A stretch of 64,000 nucleotides of DNA. Source: a virus. Lineage: Duplodnaviria; Caudoviricetes. Position numbers and translations under genes: made by a program. This document shows, in pieces, positions 11,401 through 20,305 of this stretch. Location of the stretch: positions 915 to 64,914 of the IMG/VR virus record IMGVR_UViG_3300043416_000076. One strand, 5' to 3'. Under the pieces are notes generated by a model, which ran no database searches, was not told where the DNA came from, and saw nothing but the letters and a program-made list of their open reading frames with translations. Every line of letters starts with the position of its first letter. Position 1 is the stretch's first letter.

Positions 11401-14400
11401 GTTCTCAGTCCAACCAGAGAAATAAATCTGGAAAATATACCTTCTCTTGAGATGCTGTATGACGTGCATCCGGCTATTGTTAGGGAACTGGAAAAGGGCA
11501 ATACCCGTAAAGCGCTTGAGCTTCTTGCGCAAACAAAGAACAGCAAGTATTACGCCGAACTTGCGCAGCGCCTGCTAGATACTGGGTTCACAGCAAAAAC
11601 TCGTTTGATCGAGGCGGACAAGTTAGAGTCCCTATCAAACAACCCGCAGATTACAGAATCACTTAACGAGCGCTTGGATGCTCTGCGTGATTTGGTTGTT
11701 GCGCTGTACCCCCAAGAGCAGCAAGCAGCAATCATAAAAGACCTGAAGTCGGGTAAGTTACGCAATTTAATATTTGCTCTGGACACAATCCAAGACACAC
11801 TGAGTAGCAACAACGGCACTGAGTCCAATCAGCAGCTTCTTGACAGCGTTATGGACATAGTGGACAAGGAGTTTGCGTGGGATGGTAAGTACGATCCTGC
11901 AAGCGACACCATTGTCATGCGTCAAGGCAATAGCAAACTCACCAATCATTTGTTGTTGCATGAAACTGTTCACGCAGCTTCATCGTATTTGATCGACAAT
12001 GCTGACAAACTGGTTGGCATACAGCGTCAAGGTTATGAGCGCCTTGAAGAGTTGTTTAAGTACTCCAAAGATATGATGAATCAACAGGGGGTGACAGACA
12101 ACCCTTTCTACGGTTTACAGGACTTACATGAGTTTGTGGCCGAGGCGTTGACAAACCCCAAACTGCAAGCCGTGTTGCGCTCTTACCGGTACAAGGCTTC
12201 TTCGTTCTCTCTTTGGAATCGCTTTACTGATTCTATAAGCAAGATGTTTAAAGTGAAGCCCGGCGAGCCAAGCAACGTCATGGCCGAAGTCATGTTTGCT
12301 GCTGATGCAATGATGGCCGGTACGATGTCTTTGCAAGGTATGAATGAAGTGGGTGGGACTATCTCAGGGCCACCCGCGCCAAGAGCGATGGCCACTCAAA
12401 GGTCACCAAGAACTGTGCCCAAGGGCATGCCAAACCAACCGTCCACAATCAAACGTTGGATGATGGCCAGTACGTGGGCCAAAGGTAAGATGCGTGAGAT
12501 ACGCAGTATGGATTCGGCTGCACGCGGCGCGTATCTGGGTATGTTGACGTTACGCCAAATCAATGACTTGGTAGCTGGACGTATACCGCAGATAAACAAC
12601 TTTATTAACGTGGCGGAAAAGTTTCTGTCCCGCAAGTCACAGATACTTAAAGAGTCTGGTGACATATCTCGCAAGTGGGAACGCCTGCAAGCAGCTGATC
12701 CAGACATGTCACGACAACTTGGTGTTGTGATGCACAGCGCAACTATTTTAGAAGTTGATCCAGACAAAGCTACGTCTGCTCAACGGGCTAAAAATCCTGA
12801 GTTAATGAACAACTGGAAACAGTTAGACCCAGAAGCAAGAACTATCTACAGAGAAGTTCGTGATTTCTACGAGCGTCGGTACAGTAATTACAAGCGCCTC
12901 ATGAACCAACGCATCATATTTATGCGGAATATGGGCGTGTCTGAGGCATCAATCACAGAGATTCGTAACGAGTTTGAAAAGGGTAAACGGGCGGGGCCTT
13001 ACTTCCCACTGATGCGTTTTGGCCAATATTGGTATCAAATTGGTAAGGGGGCAAACCGTGAGTACTACATGTTTGAATCGCAGGGCGCAAGAGAAGCTCA
13101 CTTGCAAGCCCGTCTGGATCAAGAACCTAATAAAACTGCCCGCGATGCTTTAGAACAAACTATTGGCACAAACATAGGTGATGACTACCAGAAACAAATG
13201 GACTTGCACGCACGTCAATCTGAGTTTTTAAAGAATTCATTTGCTGCTGTAGACGGTATGAACATGGCGGGTCTTACACCAGCTGAAGCTGATAAACGTA
13301 AGACTGAATTAAAAGATAACTTGTACCAGACGTATCTGGCCAACCAGCCAGATCGCGGCATACGTAACGCCTTCATACACCGTAAAAGTGTTGCTGGTTA
13401 TTCTGAAGATGCGTTGCGCAGTTTTTCATCGTCGTCATTCAGCATGGCTTATCAGATGTCACGGTTGGAGTACTCCCCAGAGATGTTCTCCCAGCTTGAT
13501 GCCGCACGGTCGCAGATAAAAGGACGCTTTACCGCCGGTGCAAAATACGATGAAGCGCTTACCGCTGAGAATGATGAACTGCGTAGTTATGTCCGAGAGA
13601 TTGATAATCGTCTTGGTGCAATACTTAACCCGGAAGATACCGGCAAGTGGACATCGTACTTCTCAAACATAGGGTTTGTCTACTACCTAACTTCAATTGG
13701 CTCCGCGCTTGTCAACGTGATGGGCGGCGTAATGATTGGTGCACCAACGCTGATCGGTCAACAGGTTCGTGCAAATCCCGGTATGAGTTACGCGAGGGCC
13801 ACTGGCCGTGTTCTATACAACATGGGTAAAACAACCGCTGAAATCATGGCTACTGGTTTTGGTATTGAAGCTGGCGGGCGTGTAATAGACTCACGACTGT
13901 TATCTCCTTCGCTTGAAAGATCAAAAAGTCTGTCAACGATGGACAAGGCGGCATATAACCGTTTTGTTGCTGATGGCATTATTGATATAACCGCAGCTTA
14001 TGACCAGTCAGGTTTGGCAGCTAATCCAACCTCTGAGTACAACAGCATACCTAACCGGGCCATGCAGATCGTGGCCTACGCATTTCACCACGCTGAGCGG
14101 TTCAACCGTGAAATCATGGCCATGTCTGCTTTTAGATCGGCTATGGAGAAGAGGGCAAACTATCCCAACAAACAACAAGCGTTTGCGGAGTCAATTGCCG
14201 AAGCCAAAGACTTGACCCAACGGGCCATGTTTGATTACTCGTCAACCAACAAGCCACGTTTCTTGCAAAGTTCTCTGGCCAGAATTGTTCTCCAATTTAA
14301 ACAGTTCCCGCAGCAAATGACTTGGTTCTTGGCCCGAAACGCTTGGAACACATTTGGTAATTTACCCGAAGCAGAAAAACGTGAAGCCCGCGCCCGCTTT

Positions 14401-15312
14401 GTTGGCACGATGGGCATGGCGGCTATCTTCTCTGGAGTCACTGGTCTCTGGGGCTTTTCGACTGTGGCGGCTATTGTTGAAGCTTGTGCGGCTTTTGGCG
14501 ACGATGAGGACGAACCACCGTTTGATTTTGAGCTTGAGTTTGCAAATTGGGCGGTCAATACGTTTGGTGAAAACATGGGGACTATGGTGTCACGCGGTAT
14601 TGGCAACGCTGCCGGTGTTGATCTACATAGTCGCTTGAAACTTGACGGTATGTGGTTTAGAGACGGGCGAAATAATTTAGACGCGGAGGCTCAAGTAGAA
14701 GCTTTTCTGGTGGGCATACTGGGGCCAACAGTTGGCCTTCTACCAACCGCCGCTCGTGCCGTAGACCTATACAAAACAGGCCATGCTGATAGGGCGATTG
14801 AATCAATGTTGCCCGGGTTCGTTAAACAACCCGTAGTTGCCGCACGGTACGCGCAAGAAGGCGCTCGGACTATGCAGGGTGACATCATGAAGAAGGAGTT
14901 CTCTCCTTTTGAGTTGATGATGCAGGGATTGGGTATACGACCCGCTGACCTTGCGGAGATTCAGTTCCGAAACATCAAGGTAAAAGGACAGGAGCAGGAG
15001 ATACTTAAAAAACGCCAGAATGTGTTAAACATTTTTGGGTTGACTGTCATGACCAACGATGAAGAGGGAACACAGGCGGCGATCGAGAAAATAATAAAAT
15101 TCAACACCAAGTATCCTACGCTCGCAATAGACGTGGACACCATCTTCAAATCTATAGAGGGCAAGTTTGAAAAGTCAGCGCAAACTGACCACGGCCTGTA
15201 CATTGACCCCAAGCTGCGGTACTTATTTACGGATACTTACATTCAAAAAATAACGGAGAAAGAGAGTAAAAGCTCCGCTGAAGAAAATCCGTTCGCTAAG
15301 TTCGCACAATAA
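8428..15312 (+). CDS. Giant polyvalent / ejection protein with zincin metallopeptidase and PLxRFG domains
   Basis: 2294 aa; HETVH (11959-11973) plus downstream HEFVAE; PLMRFG (13006-13023); helical C-terminal region with a hydrophobic hairpin. Confidence 0.8.
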   Translation: MANPFAKFAQPEVEQNPFAQFARPQEETAAPQKLTQPQETTSNPLIGLVGRTASLTGAFVDSVAEVAERVGDKLELAMPLSGIPAEDIKNKKQLQPLFDWAKSLKNYDESLGYQPSTQLKELGSNPLNTIFFVAERVITSVPDMVGAVRAPVAYVMARTKEILDERVKNDEKTLDDATVADVTAAATAAVIESTLERFATKGLFKPTTAKTATGRIAKETGIQAGTEVVEEEAAYLGEAAGTKKGLSAEEALTRGAEAAIVGGGLGTTVQGAKEIFAPEKPQSVEKQRQTILDSLASQETGEPAGLFADQEGGKPAGQPGQESQVDLYAQRAADALESTNAIAGRGATVSAKYGDADQTLPPSNEPAGLFEDVDTGAAATTTPNAPGTPAAPASAQTLEAYGDFVRQYTDLRDEYNSLPMGRIDQAGMNQRELILKDLAGVIDANMGLIRNRGVAAQLKNPMFDGSTVLARLEPNAGQPRAMQGNLFGVFQAATRRMKNAMALSGQSVDGAITELEDNRVRIQEKIDSGGFDDATIISMRPAGMSSGQALKSRDSILQNFSQRSNAEIDQAIDMLRRGVGQPRAMQSNLFGSEEPEDKPKPKPQKEQVEEDLYEDEDKEEVRYDQKGNPIRAPKVDTEHVPQTEEGGKIKGFFDSIQSVSNSPAEQERHGNSRNTAADTMLEFDIAQPGETTSAGAQQMLDYLARRVGGQEKLNQLLDALQNADPETQSDLLKKAGLPDMTARRGMDEFSSQVQEYVDQMMGTGEGPLFNIRTSKMRPSKVTGTKIPYQETITTGAMVTSAYATPKGGKPREPSQAIRDVVRDINDNKLRPAALILKQMIGGKVSAQAQAAITYLTNLNRTTFGDALRDLAFDLAYFEVNRKHYGAGSTFYREGGEYAKDFRAWIAANLDPSTLELLDELVAENKQNAGAKKEYRKAKAEYNKQLKARVEEEGDRAEKNGAKLPKAPKRKRERISKKMLTEMETEAGEGEEVLSPTREINLENIPSLEMLYDVHPAIVRELEKGNTRKALELLAQTKNSKYYAELAQRLLDTGFTAKTRLIEADKLESLSNNPQITESLNERLDALRDLVVALYPQEQQAAIIKDLKSGKLRNLIFALDTIQDTLSSNNGTESNQQLLDSVMDIVDKEFAWDGKYDPASDTIVMRQGNSKLTNHLLLHETVHAASSYLIDNADKLVGIQRQGYERLEELFKYSKDMMNQQGVTDNPFYGLQDLHEFVAEALTNPKLQAVLRSYRYKASSFSLWNRFTDSISKMFKVKPGEPSNVMAEVMFAADAMMAGTMSLQGMNEVGGTISGPPAPRAMATQRSPRTVPKGMPNQPSTIKRWMMASTWAKGKMREIRSMDSAARGAYLGMLTLRQINDLVAGRIPQINNFINVAEKFLSRKSQILKESGDISRKWERLQAADPDMSRQLGVVMHSATILEVDPDKATSAQRAKNPELMNNWKQLDPEARTIYREVRDFYERRYSNYKRLMNQRIIFMRNMGVSEASITEIRNEFEKGKRAGPYFPLMRFGQYWYQIGKGANREYYMFESQGAREAHLQARLDQEPNKTARDALEQTIGTNIGDDYQKQMDLHARQSEFLKNSFAAVDGMNMAGLTPAEADKRKTELKDNLYQTYLANQPDRGIRNAFIHRKSVAGYSEDALRSFSSSSFSMAYQMSRLEYSPEMFSQLDAARSQIKGRFTAGAKYDEALTAENDELRSYVREIDNRLGAILNPEDTGKWTSYFSNIGFVYYLTSIGSALVNVMGGVMIGAPTLIGQQVRANPGMSYARATGRVLYNMGKTTAEIMATGFGIEAGGRVIDSRLLSPSLERSKSLSTMDKAAYNRFVADGIIDITAAYDQSGLAANPTSEYNSIPNRAMQIVAYAFHHAERFNREIMAMSAFRSAMEKRANYPNKQQAFAESIAEAKDLTQRAMFDYSSTNKPRFLQSSLARIVLQFKQFPQQMTWFLARNAWNTFGNLPEAEKREARARFVGTMGMAAIFSGVTGLWGFSTVAAIVEACAAFGDDEDEPPFDFELEFANWAVNTFGENMGTMVSRGIGNAAGVDLHSRLKLDGMWFRDGRNNLDAEAQVEAFLVGILGPTVGLLPTAARAVDLYKTGHADRAIESMLPGFVKQPVVAARYAQEGARTMQGDIMKKEFSPFELMMQGLGIRPADLAEIQFRNIKVKGQEQEILKKRQNVLNIFGLTVMTNDEEGTQAAIEKIIKFNTKYPTLAIDVDTIFKSIEGKFEKSAQTDHGLYIDPKLRYLFTDTYIQKITEKESKSSAEENPFAKFAQ

Positions 15313-15339
15313 AAAACGCCCCGCTTTTTACGGCGGGGC
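15311..15339 (-). terminator. Intrinsic terminator between convergent late and replication modules
   Basis: GCCCCGC (15318-15324) / GCGGGGC (15333-15339) stem; A-run at 15311-15316 gives a U-tract on the - strand. Confidence 0.7.
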
Positions 15340-15342
15340 AAA

Positions 15343-15579
15343 TTAAGGAGAGCGCAACTGCAAGTTGCCTTTAGATTGTACGCGCTTAACCCGCCAAACA
15401 CGCAAGCCCCTGACCCCATCTTCTATTACCAGCTTAATGATTGTTGCGTAGCCAAGACGCCGCAGCTTATGTTCTATGCGATCGCGTGCTGCTACGTCAT
15501 CAAGACACGGCACAAAGAAAGAGCTACCAACTGTAAATTCTCCCCAGTTAAGTTGGTACGTTACGCCCTCAATCCGCAT
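15343..15579 (-). CDS. Conserved phage hypothetical protein
   Basis: Start moved to ATG 15579 (MRIEGVTY...), overlapping the primase stop; SFFVPC...GLRVWR. Confidence 0.6.
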   Translation of the reverse strand: MRIEGVTYQLNWGEFTVGSSFFVPCLDDVAARDRIEHKLRRLGYATIIKLVIEDGVRGLRVWRVKRVQSKGNLQLRSP

Positions 15580-18406
15580 CGCCTTGCAGGTCAATACTGG
15601 GTGCAACCCCCAACAAATCAGAGTCAAACTCCAAGGCCACCACCGGTGGGGCGCTGATGTCTGTGCCAATGTCCAACCGGGTACGAACCTCGGCGATGAA
15701 CGCGCCCGTCTTGTTCAAAGCGGTCAGCAGGTCGGTGAACGTGATCTGCTTAAGTACACAGAAATCTTTGAGCGACTGGCGGATGATGTATATACGGCGT
15801 GTATCTGGCTCGTACCGGACAACCAGCGCCCCACGGGGTAAGAGCAGCGGGGCGGCGGCAATCCCTGACTTGGAACTGCTGTACTTGTTGACCACCAGAA
15901 TGTTCAGGTTGTGCTTCAGCAGGAACTCACCAACGATGGTGGCGTAGTCATTGAACGACAGTCGGGTGGTTGACTGCATGTCAGAAATCTCGGCTACCGC
16001 CCAGTCAAAAACTCGTTTGTGGTTGATGCTGTGCAGCCCTAGCTTGTGAGCAATCATCCCGCCCGTCAGATTTGCTGCCGCCATCCCTGACCAAAAGCGT
16101 TCTCGGGTGTCTATGTTTACGGCTTTGTCGAATCTGACCTGCACCTTCAGCGCAAGGTCAACAATCTCCTCTAGATTCTGCACAAGGTACTGAGCGTATG
16201 GCAGGCCAGCCAAACCGTAGTTACTGTGCAAGCGACCAAATACTTGCTTGGCCGAAGCCTTGTCGAGGTTGTTGGTTGGGTCAATCTTGTACTGCATCAA
16301 GCGCATCAGCTCGCCTTCTGAGGTTGACTTCAAGGACTCCAGCTTGTCGGTCATACTGGAGTTGGACGTGGCCACCATCATGGTCGCCCAGAATCCTTGA
16401 GACTCTCGCTCCTCATTGGAGGATGCTTTCATTCGGCGGCGCGGTGCGCCCTGCGTCACACTGTAGGCCAGATCAGAGAAATCATCGCCACTCATCTTTG
16501 TGATCTCATCCACACCCAAGGGTAGATTGCACATGACTGCCATACGGTGAAGCTTGACGTTCAGGGTATCTTTCCATTGCAGCATCAGTTCGTCGGGGTG
16601 ACCCCACACGCTGTTCATAACCTGAAGTATTGTTGACTTGCCTGTTCCAGATTTATTATTTATAAGGTTGATGATGCCGCCCTTGATACCCATAAATTTG
16701 ATAAGCGGTGCGCCAAATGCGGAGAATACTGCGAAGGCGTGTGGCTCAAAACCCGGCATATCGTAGACATTGATAATCTCTTTCCACTCGTCCAGCGATC
16801 CCGTAGGTCGTAGGGCGTGGGCAATATCCCGTGTCGCCTTGGAGGGTGGGCTGTACTTAACATAGCTCGCCCCGATCTCTCGGTTTCCAAGAATAAATTT
16901 CTCGTCATCATCAGCCCAACCAAATTGCAGCCTCATCATCTCCACCTCTTGTGTTATTTGTAGTTCTTTCGCACATTGCATCAGGTAATCTAGAATCAAA
17001 GCCATCTGGTTCACGCCAGCAATGACACCGTGGAAAGAAACGGTCTTCCTCAATTCGTCCTTACTCAGTGCATCTACCAACGGCACAGAAAATTCTTTGG
17101 CTCCATCCCTCGGGAGTACCCGCCGAATCAGGATCGTTTCGCCCAACGCGGGGTCGTACATCCGCTTGGTGACGAACAGGTCGTACTCATAAACAAGAGC
17201 AACTGAGGGGCCGTCACCATCATCGTTGTCTTCCTTCAAGTGTTTGTATATACCGCCGCTTTTACCGCGAAAATACCTATCTGGCAACTTAGGTACTACA
17301 AATTCAGCGGGCGCTACGTCCTTGCTTGTGGACTGGTACTCGATTACTTCCCCAACTTCGGATTTGGCGATCTCATGGCCAAGCACGATGGGCGATTTGA
17401 TCTTCCCCCGGTGATCGCACTTGTCGCAGATGCCCGGTGCGAAAGAATCAAATGTGTCGCAGGTGTAGGGGCCTTTGATCTGGCTGGCCTTGCGTTCCGT
17501 TGATGATGCGTCGTACTTCGGGTGGTTCTTGGATATCAGGTGAATCGCTTTGTCACGGTCTACGCAATGCTGGGCGATTGACAGCCCCGCCCGCCATAGA
17601 GGTTCCTCAATATTCTCCTGATCCTCAACTACCATACGCAACTGCTCGCAGCCAGACCCGTTTGCGGTCTTCTTCAGGATGGTGCGAAACCGCGATTGCT
17701 TATTACCAATAACGGCTTTTGTGAAGTCGTCTAATTCCTTGGGAGCATAAGGCTTCTTCACATCCACCAACGGCCCCATGCGTTCGGCAAAGTCTTCAAA
17801 CGTCATGGGCTGGGACAGATGCATCAAGACAACATCGTGCGGTGGGGTGTCCTTAAAGTTCTTTGTCCCCGGAATCCGCAACACCCGCGCCGCATCTGCT
17901 GGCACAGCGGGGTCAATAATGAACTTGTGTTCGAGGCACTTGGCCTTGAAAGTCTCAGCTACGGGTAACCACTTATCCTTGGCCACGGATTCGGTCAGCG
18001 GCCAGTAGACATGCCAGCCACGGCCAGAATTTACAACCGTTGGCCGGGGTAAGTTCATGATTTTGCACAGTTCTTTGAGTGCTTGCAGCCCTGTGGCCTG
18101 ATCCACATACCCTCTGATACGCCCACGTTTGTCGGGCTTGGCCTTATCCTCGCCGCAGTCAATGTCCAAGAAGAACGACTTCAGCGACCCGCAGTTGGAT
18201 GCGTCTCGGTTCTCATCAGTAATGAACTTCCCGCAGCCAAAGAATACATCTACGCCGTTGGCCACCAAATGGTCAGCTTCGGCTTCTACCTCTTGTATTG
18301 TTTTATGGTGGGTCTGTGAATGGTGTGTGCCATTCTTCAACCCCAGTACACAATAGAACCCTTCCTCTGAAGGGACTACTGCTTCAAGCAAACGAACATC
18401 CGCCAT
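15569..18406 (-). CDS. Primase-helicase: AEP/RepB-type primase N-terminus, Cys-rich linker, DUF927-like helicase
   Basis: FFLDID, NSGRGWHVYW, RVLRIPGT primase motifs; C..(x)..CDKC; Walker A SGTGKST. Start taken at ATG 18406. Confidence 0.85.
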   Translation of the reverse strand: MADVRLLEAVVPSEEGFYCVLGLKNGTHHSQTHHKTIQEVEAEADHLVANGVDVFFGCGKFITDENRDASNCGSLKSFFLDIDCGEDKAKPDKRGRIRGYVDQATGLQALKELCKIMNLPRPTVVNSGRGWHVYWPLTESVAKDKWLPVAETFKAKCLEHKFIIDPAVPADAARVLRIPGTKNFKDTPPHDVVLMHLSQPMTFEDFAERMGPLVDVKKPYAPKELDDFTKAVIGNKQSRFRTILKKTANGSGCEQLRMVVEDQENIEEPLWRAGLSIAQHCVDRDKAIHLISKNHPKYDASSTERKASQIKGPYTCDTFDSFAPGICDKCDHRGKIKSPIVLGHEIAKSEVGEVIEYQSTSKDVAPAEFVVPKLPDRYFRGKSGGIYKHLKEDNDDGDGPSVALVYEYDLFVTKRMYDPALGETILIRRVLPRDGAKEFSVPLVDALSKDELRKTVSFHGVIAGVNQMALILDYLMQCAKELQITQEVEMMRLQFGWADDDEKFILGNREIGASYVKYSPPSKATRDIAHALRPTGSLDEWKEIINVYDMPGFEPHAFAVFSAFGAPLIKFMGIKGGIINLINNKSGTGKSTILQVMNSVWGHPDELMLQWKDTLNVKLHRMAVMCNLPLGVDEITKMSGDDFSDLAYSVTQGAPRRRMKASSNEERESQGFWATMMVATSNSSMTDKLESLKSTSEGELMRLMQYKIDPTNNLDKASAKQVFGRLHSNYGLAGLPYAQYLVQNLEEIVDLALKVQVRFDKAVNIDTRERFWSGMAAANLTGGMIAHKLGLHSINHKRVFDWAVAEISDMQSTTRLSFNDYATIVGEFLLKHNLNILVVNKYSSSKSGIAAAPLLLPRGALVVRYEPDTRRIYIIRQSLKDFCVLKQITFTDLLTALNKTGAFIAEVRTRLDIGTDISAPPVVALEFDSDLLGVAPSIDLQGDAD

Positions 18407-18433
18407 ATTGTGTCCAAGCACGTCAAAGAGAAT

Positions 18434-18490
18434 GGGGGGCGACAGGGGCTGACGGTTACCCCGTTCGCTCCGTCGAGCTAGTCACCCCCC
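18434..18490 (-). ncRNA. Putative structured leader RNA upstream of the primase-helicase
   Basis: 10-bp closing stem (one G-U), two internal hairpins whose loops are complementary (GACG / CGUC); sits between the HTH stop and the primase ATG. Confidence 0.55.
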
Positions 18491-18497
18491 GGAAAAA

Positions 18498-18719
18498 CTA
18501 GCGACCCAAAAAAGTTGCAATGTCTTTCTGGTGATTTGCGCTGGGTACGTGGGTTCCGAAGAACCAGTTGTACACAGTCTGCTTAGTCACACCAAAAGAC
18601 TCCATGACATAGGCAACAGGGATGTCGTTGGAGATGCAAAACCTCCCCAGACGAACACCCAAGTTCTTTATGTCAGCCGCTTTATTGAGCCGCGCAACTT
18701 TCTGGCTGTATCCAATCAT
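18498..18719 (-). CDS. Small HTH DNA-binding protein (XRE/Cro-like)
   Basis: FGVTKQTVYNWFFG HTH signature; start ATG 18719 overlaps the upstream stop. Confidence 0.75.
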   Translation of the reverse strand: MIGYSQKVARLNKAADIKNLGVRLGRFCISNDIPVAYVMESFGVTKQTVYNWFFGTHVPSANHQKDIATFLGR

Positions 18720-19606
18720 TTGTCGTCGTCGCCCCACTCATCGACCAACGCAGAAAGGTTCTGCTTGGGCTTGACTTCAGGCGTAGCTTTCTTCTTCTCT
18801 GGCCGTACTGTGGGTTCCGGCACTTCTTCCTCTGCTTTAATTTCGGCGGCGGCAGACCCAGCCGGTGCAACCAACTTGGGAATCACAGGAGTTTCCTGCT
18901 TCTTAGTGAAGTTCATCTTGCCCGCATTGACAGCGACCTGCGTCTGCCCTTGGGCTACAGCGACTTGGTAGGTGTCCTTATCAAGGAACTCCGCGTTGCT
19001 AAACACCAGCTTGGGGAAATCGCTGTCGGTGTCAAACGTCAGGCGAGTGGCCAACATGTTTAAGTTGTAGCCTGAACTGGCAACGTACTTGGCGTATTGC
19101 AAGAACGGCATGTGGTCAACGTCGGCAGTACCGAAGATACTCTTTTGTGGCAGGATCAGTTGGAAGATGTCGCCGCCCACGTTGTTGCGCAAGGTAACAC
19201 CCAAACGCCATGAGTAACGGCAAGCCGCACGACCGGGGCCACCCGCACCTTTGATAGCTTGCGGGCAGTCCTTGCAGGTAGATGCTTGCGGGCCTTCAAC
19301 ATCCGCATCAGGGCGCTCACCATCGCTCGACCAGCAATCAGGGATTGAAGTCTCTTCGGCGTTGTACTCAGATGCGTAATACGACTTCTGCACAGTCTTG
19401 CTACCACTGACGATCACAACGTCCATGTGTGGCTCAACGTTCTTGGCAATCTCCTTGCCACCATCGACCAGACGGAAGACACGCCCGCGCAGTGTGATGC
19501 GCTTGACGCTACCACCGGATGAGGTGAAAGCTTTTGTAAAGTCATCCAGCGCCACGTTCTGCAAGTGGGCGGGAAGGTTCTCACGGTATGGGGTTACGTT
19601 GCTCAA
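18716..19606 (-). CDS. Putative ssDNA-binding / annealing protein
   Basis: Replication-module position; PDCWSSDG..PD, CKDCPQ..G....ACRY Cys cluster; acidic aromatic C-terminus (DEWGDDDK). Confidence 0.5.
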   Translation of the reverse strand: MSNVTPYRENLPAHLQNVALDDFTKAFTSSGGSVKRITLRGRVFRLVDGGKEIAKNVEPHMDVVIVSGSKTVQKSYYASEYNAEETSIPDCWSSDGERPDADVEGPQASTCKDCPQAIKGAGGPGRAACRYSWRLGVTLRNNVGGDIFQLILPQKSIFGTADVDHMPFLQYAKYVASSGYNLNMLATRLTFDTDSDFPKLVFSNAEFLDKDTYQVAVAQGQTQVAVNAGKMNFTKKQETPVIPKLVAPAGSAAAEIKAEEEVPEPTVRPEKKKATPEVKPKQNLSALVDEWGDDDK

Positions 19607-19616
19607 TTTTCTCTCC

Positions 19617-19817
19617 TTAAACTAAATTGGTGTTGTACAAGTGAATCAGCTCTTCTTTTGACATCTTGGAATACATATCACGCAGGTATGTATCTACCTC
19701 GTCTTCTGTGGTCAGGTGTTCACGCCCACATTCTTTTGTGTACGAAGCATCTTCGCGCATGTAGTCTTTCTCCAGTTCAACAAGTTTGTCGATTAGTTCT
19801 TGTTTATGTTCGTCCAT
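19617..19817 (-). CDS. Hypothetical protein
   Basis: ORF with RBS (AGGAGAG), fills the gap between neighbours. Confidence 0.55.
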   Translation of the reverse strand: MDEHKQELIDKLVELEKDYMREDASYTKECGREHLTTEDEVDTYLRDMYSKMSKEELIHLYNTNLV

Positions 19818-19827
19818 GTTTCTCTCC

Positions 19828-20247
19828 TTAGATTGATGCTGGTTTGCGTTTGACAGTGACAGCGTAACGGCTGTCGACGTTGAGACCCTCGGGGTACTCG
19901 TCTGGATGTTCGTCCAGAAAATCTTTCATGTTGGTATCGTGAATGCGTTTGTGCAGTAAACCAAACGCTTTGTGCTTGTCTACCAAACGGTACACTGCTT
20001 CCCAGTTGGTTGGGTTGTAGCGTTTCATCACTCGTTTAATGATGATGGTTCTTGCAGTTGACATGCTTGTGGTGTTATCAGCAAGCATGATCTGGACAAG
20101 TTTGTGCTCAATTTCAGCAAGCTGTTCGGCAAAGACTTTGTCTTCACCTTCAAACTTTTCCTTAAGTACTTCTCGCTCCGTTCGGATTCTGATGTACTCC
20201 GTAGACAGGTCGTCTACTGTTTCAGAGGTGGCTGCGCTCTCTTCCAT
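19828..20247 (-). CDS. Conserved phage replication-region protein (N-terminal coiled coil)
   Basis: ORF with RBS downstream of the promoter at 20303; LLHKRI motif. Confidence 0.65.
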   Translation of the reverse strand: MEESAATSETVDDLSTEYIRIRTEREVLKEKFEGEDKVFAEQLAEIEHKLVQIMLADNTTSMSTARTIIIKRVMKRYNPTNWEAVYRLVDKHKAFGLLHKRIHDTNMKDFLDEHPDEYPEGLNVDSRYAVTVKRKPASI

Positions 20248-20274
20248 GAAGTTCCTTTAGTTGTTGTGAGAGTT

Positions 20275-20305
20275 ATTATATGGCTTGTACTAGACTTTGT
20301 CAAGT
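20275..20305 (-). promoter_or_regulatory. Consensus sigma70 promoter with an operator-like palindrome over the -35
   Basis: TTGACA (20298-20303)-17 bp-TATAAT (20275-20280) on the - strand. Confidence 0.85.

Noticed and set aside
18434-18490. Hammerhead ribozyme
   Set aside because: Three-way junction, but the CUGANGA and GAAA core is not present.
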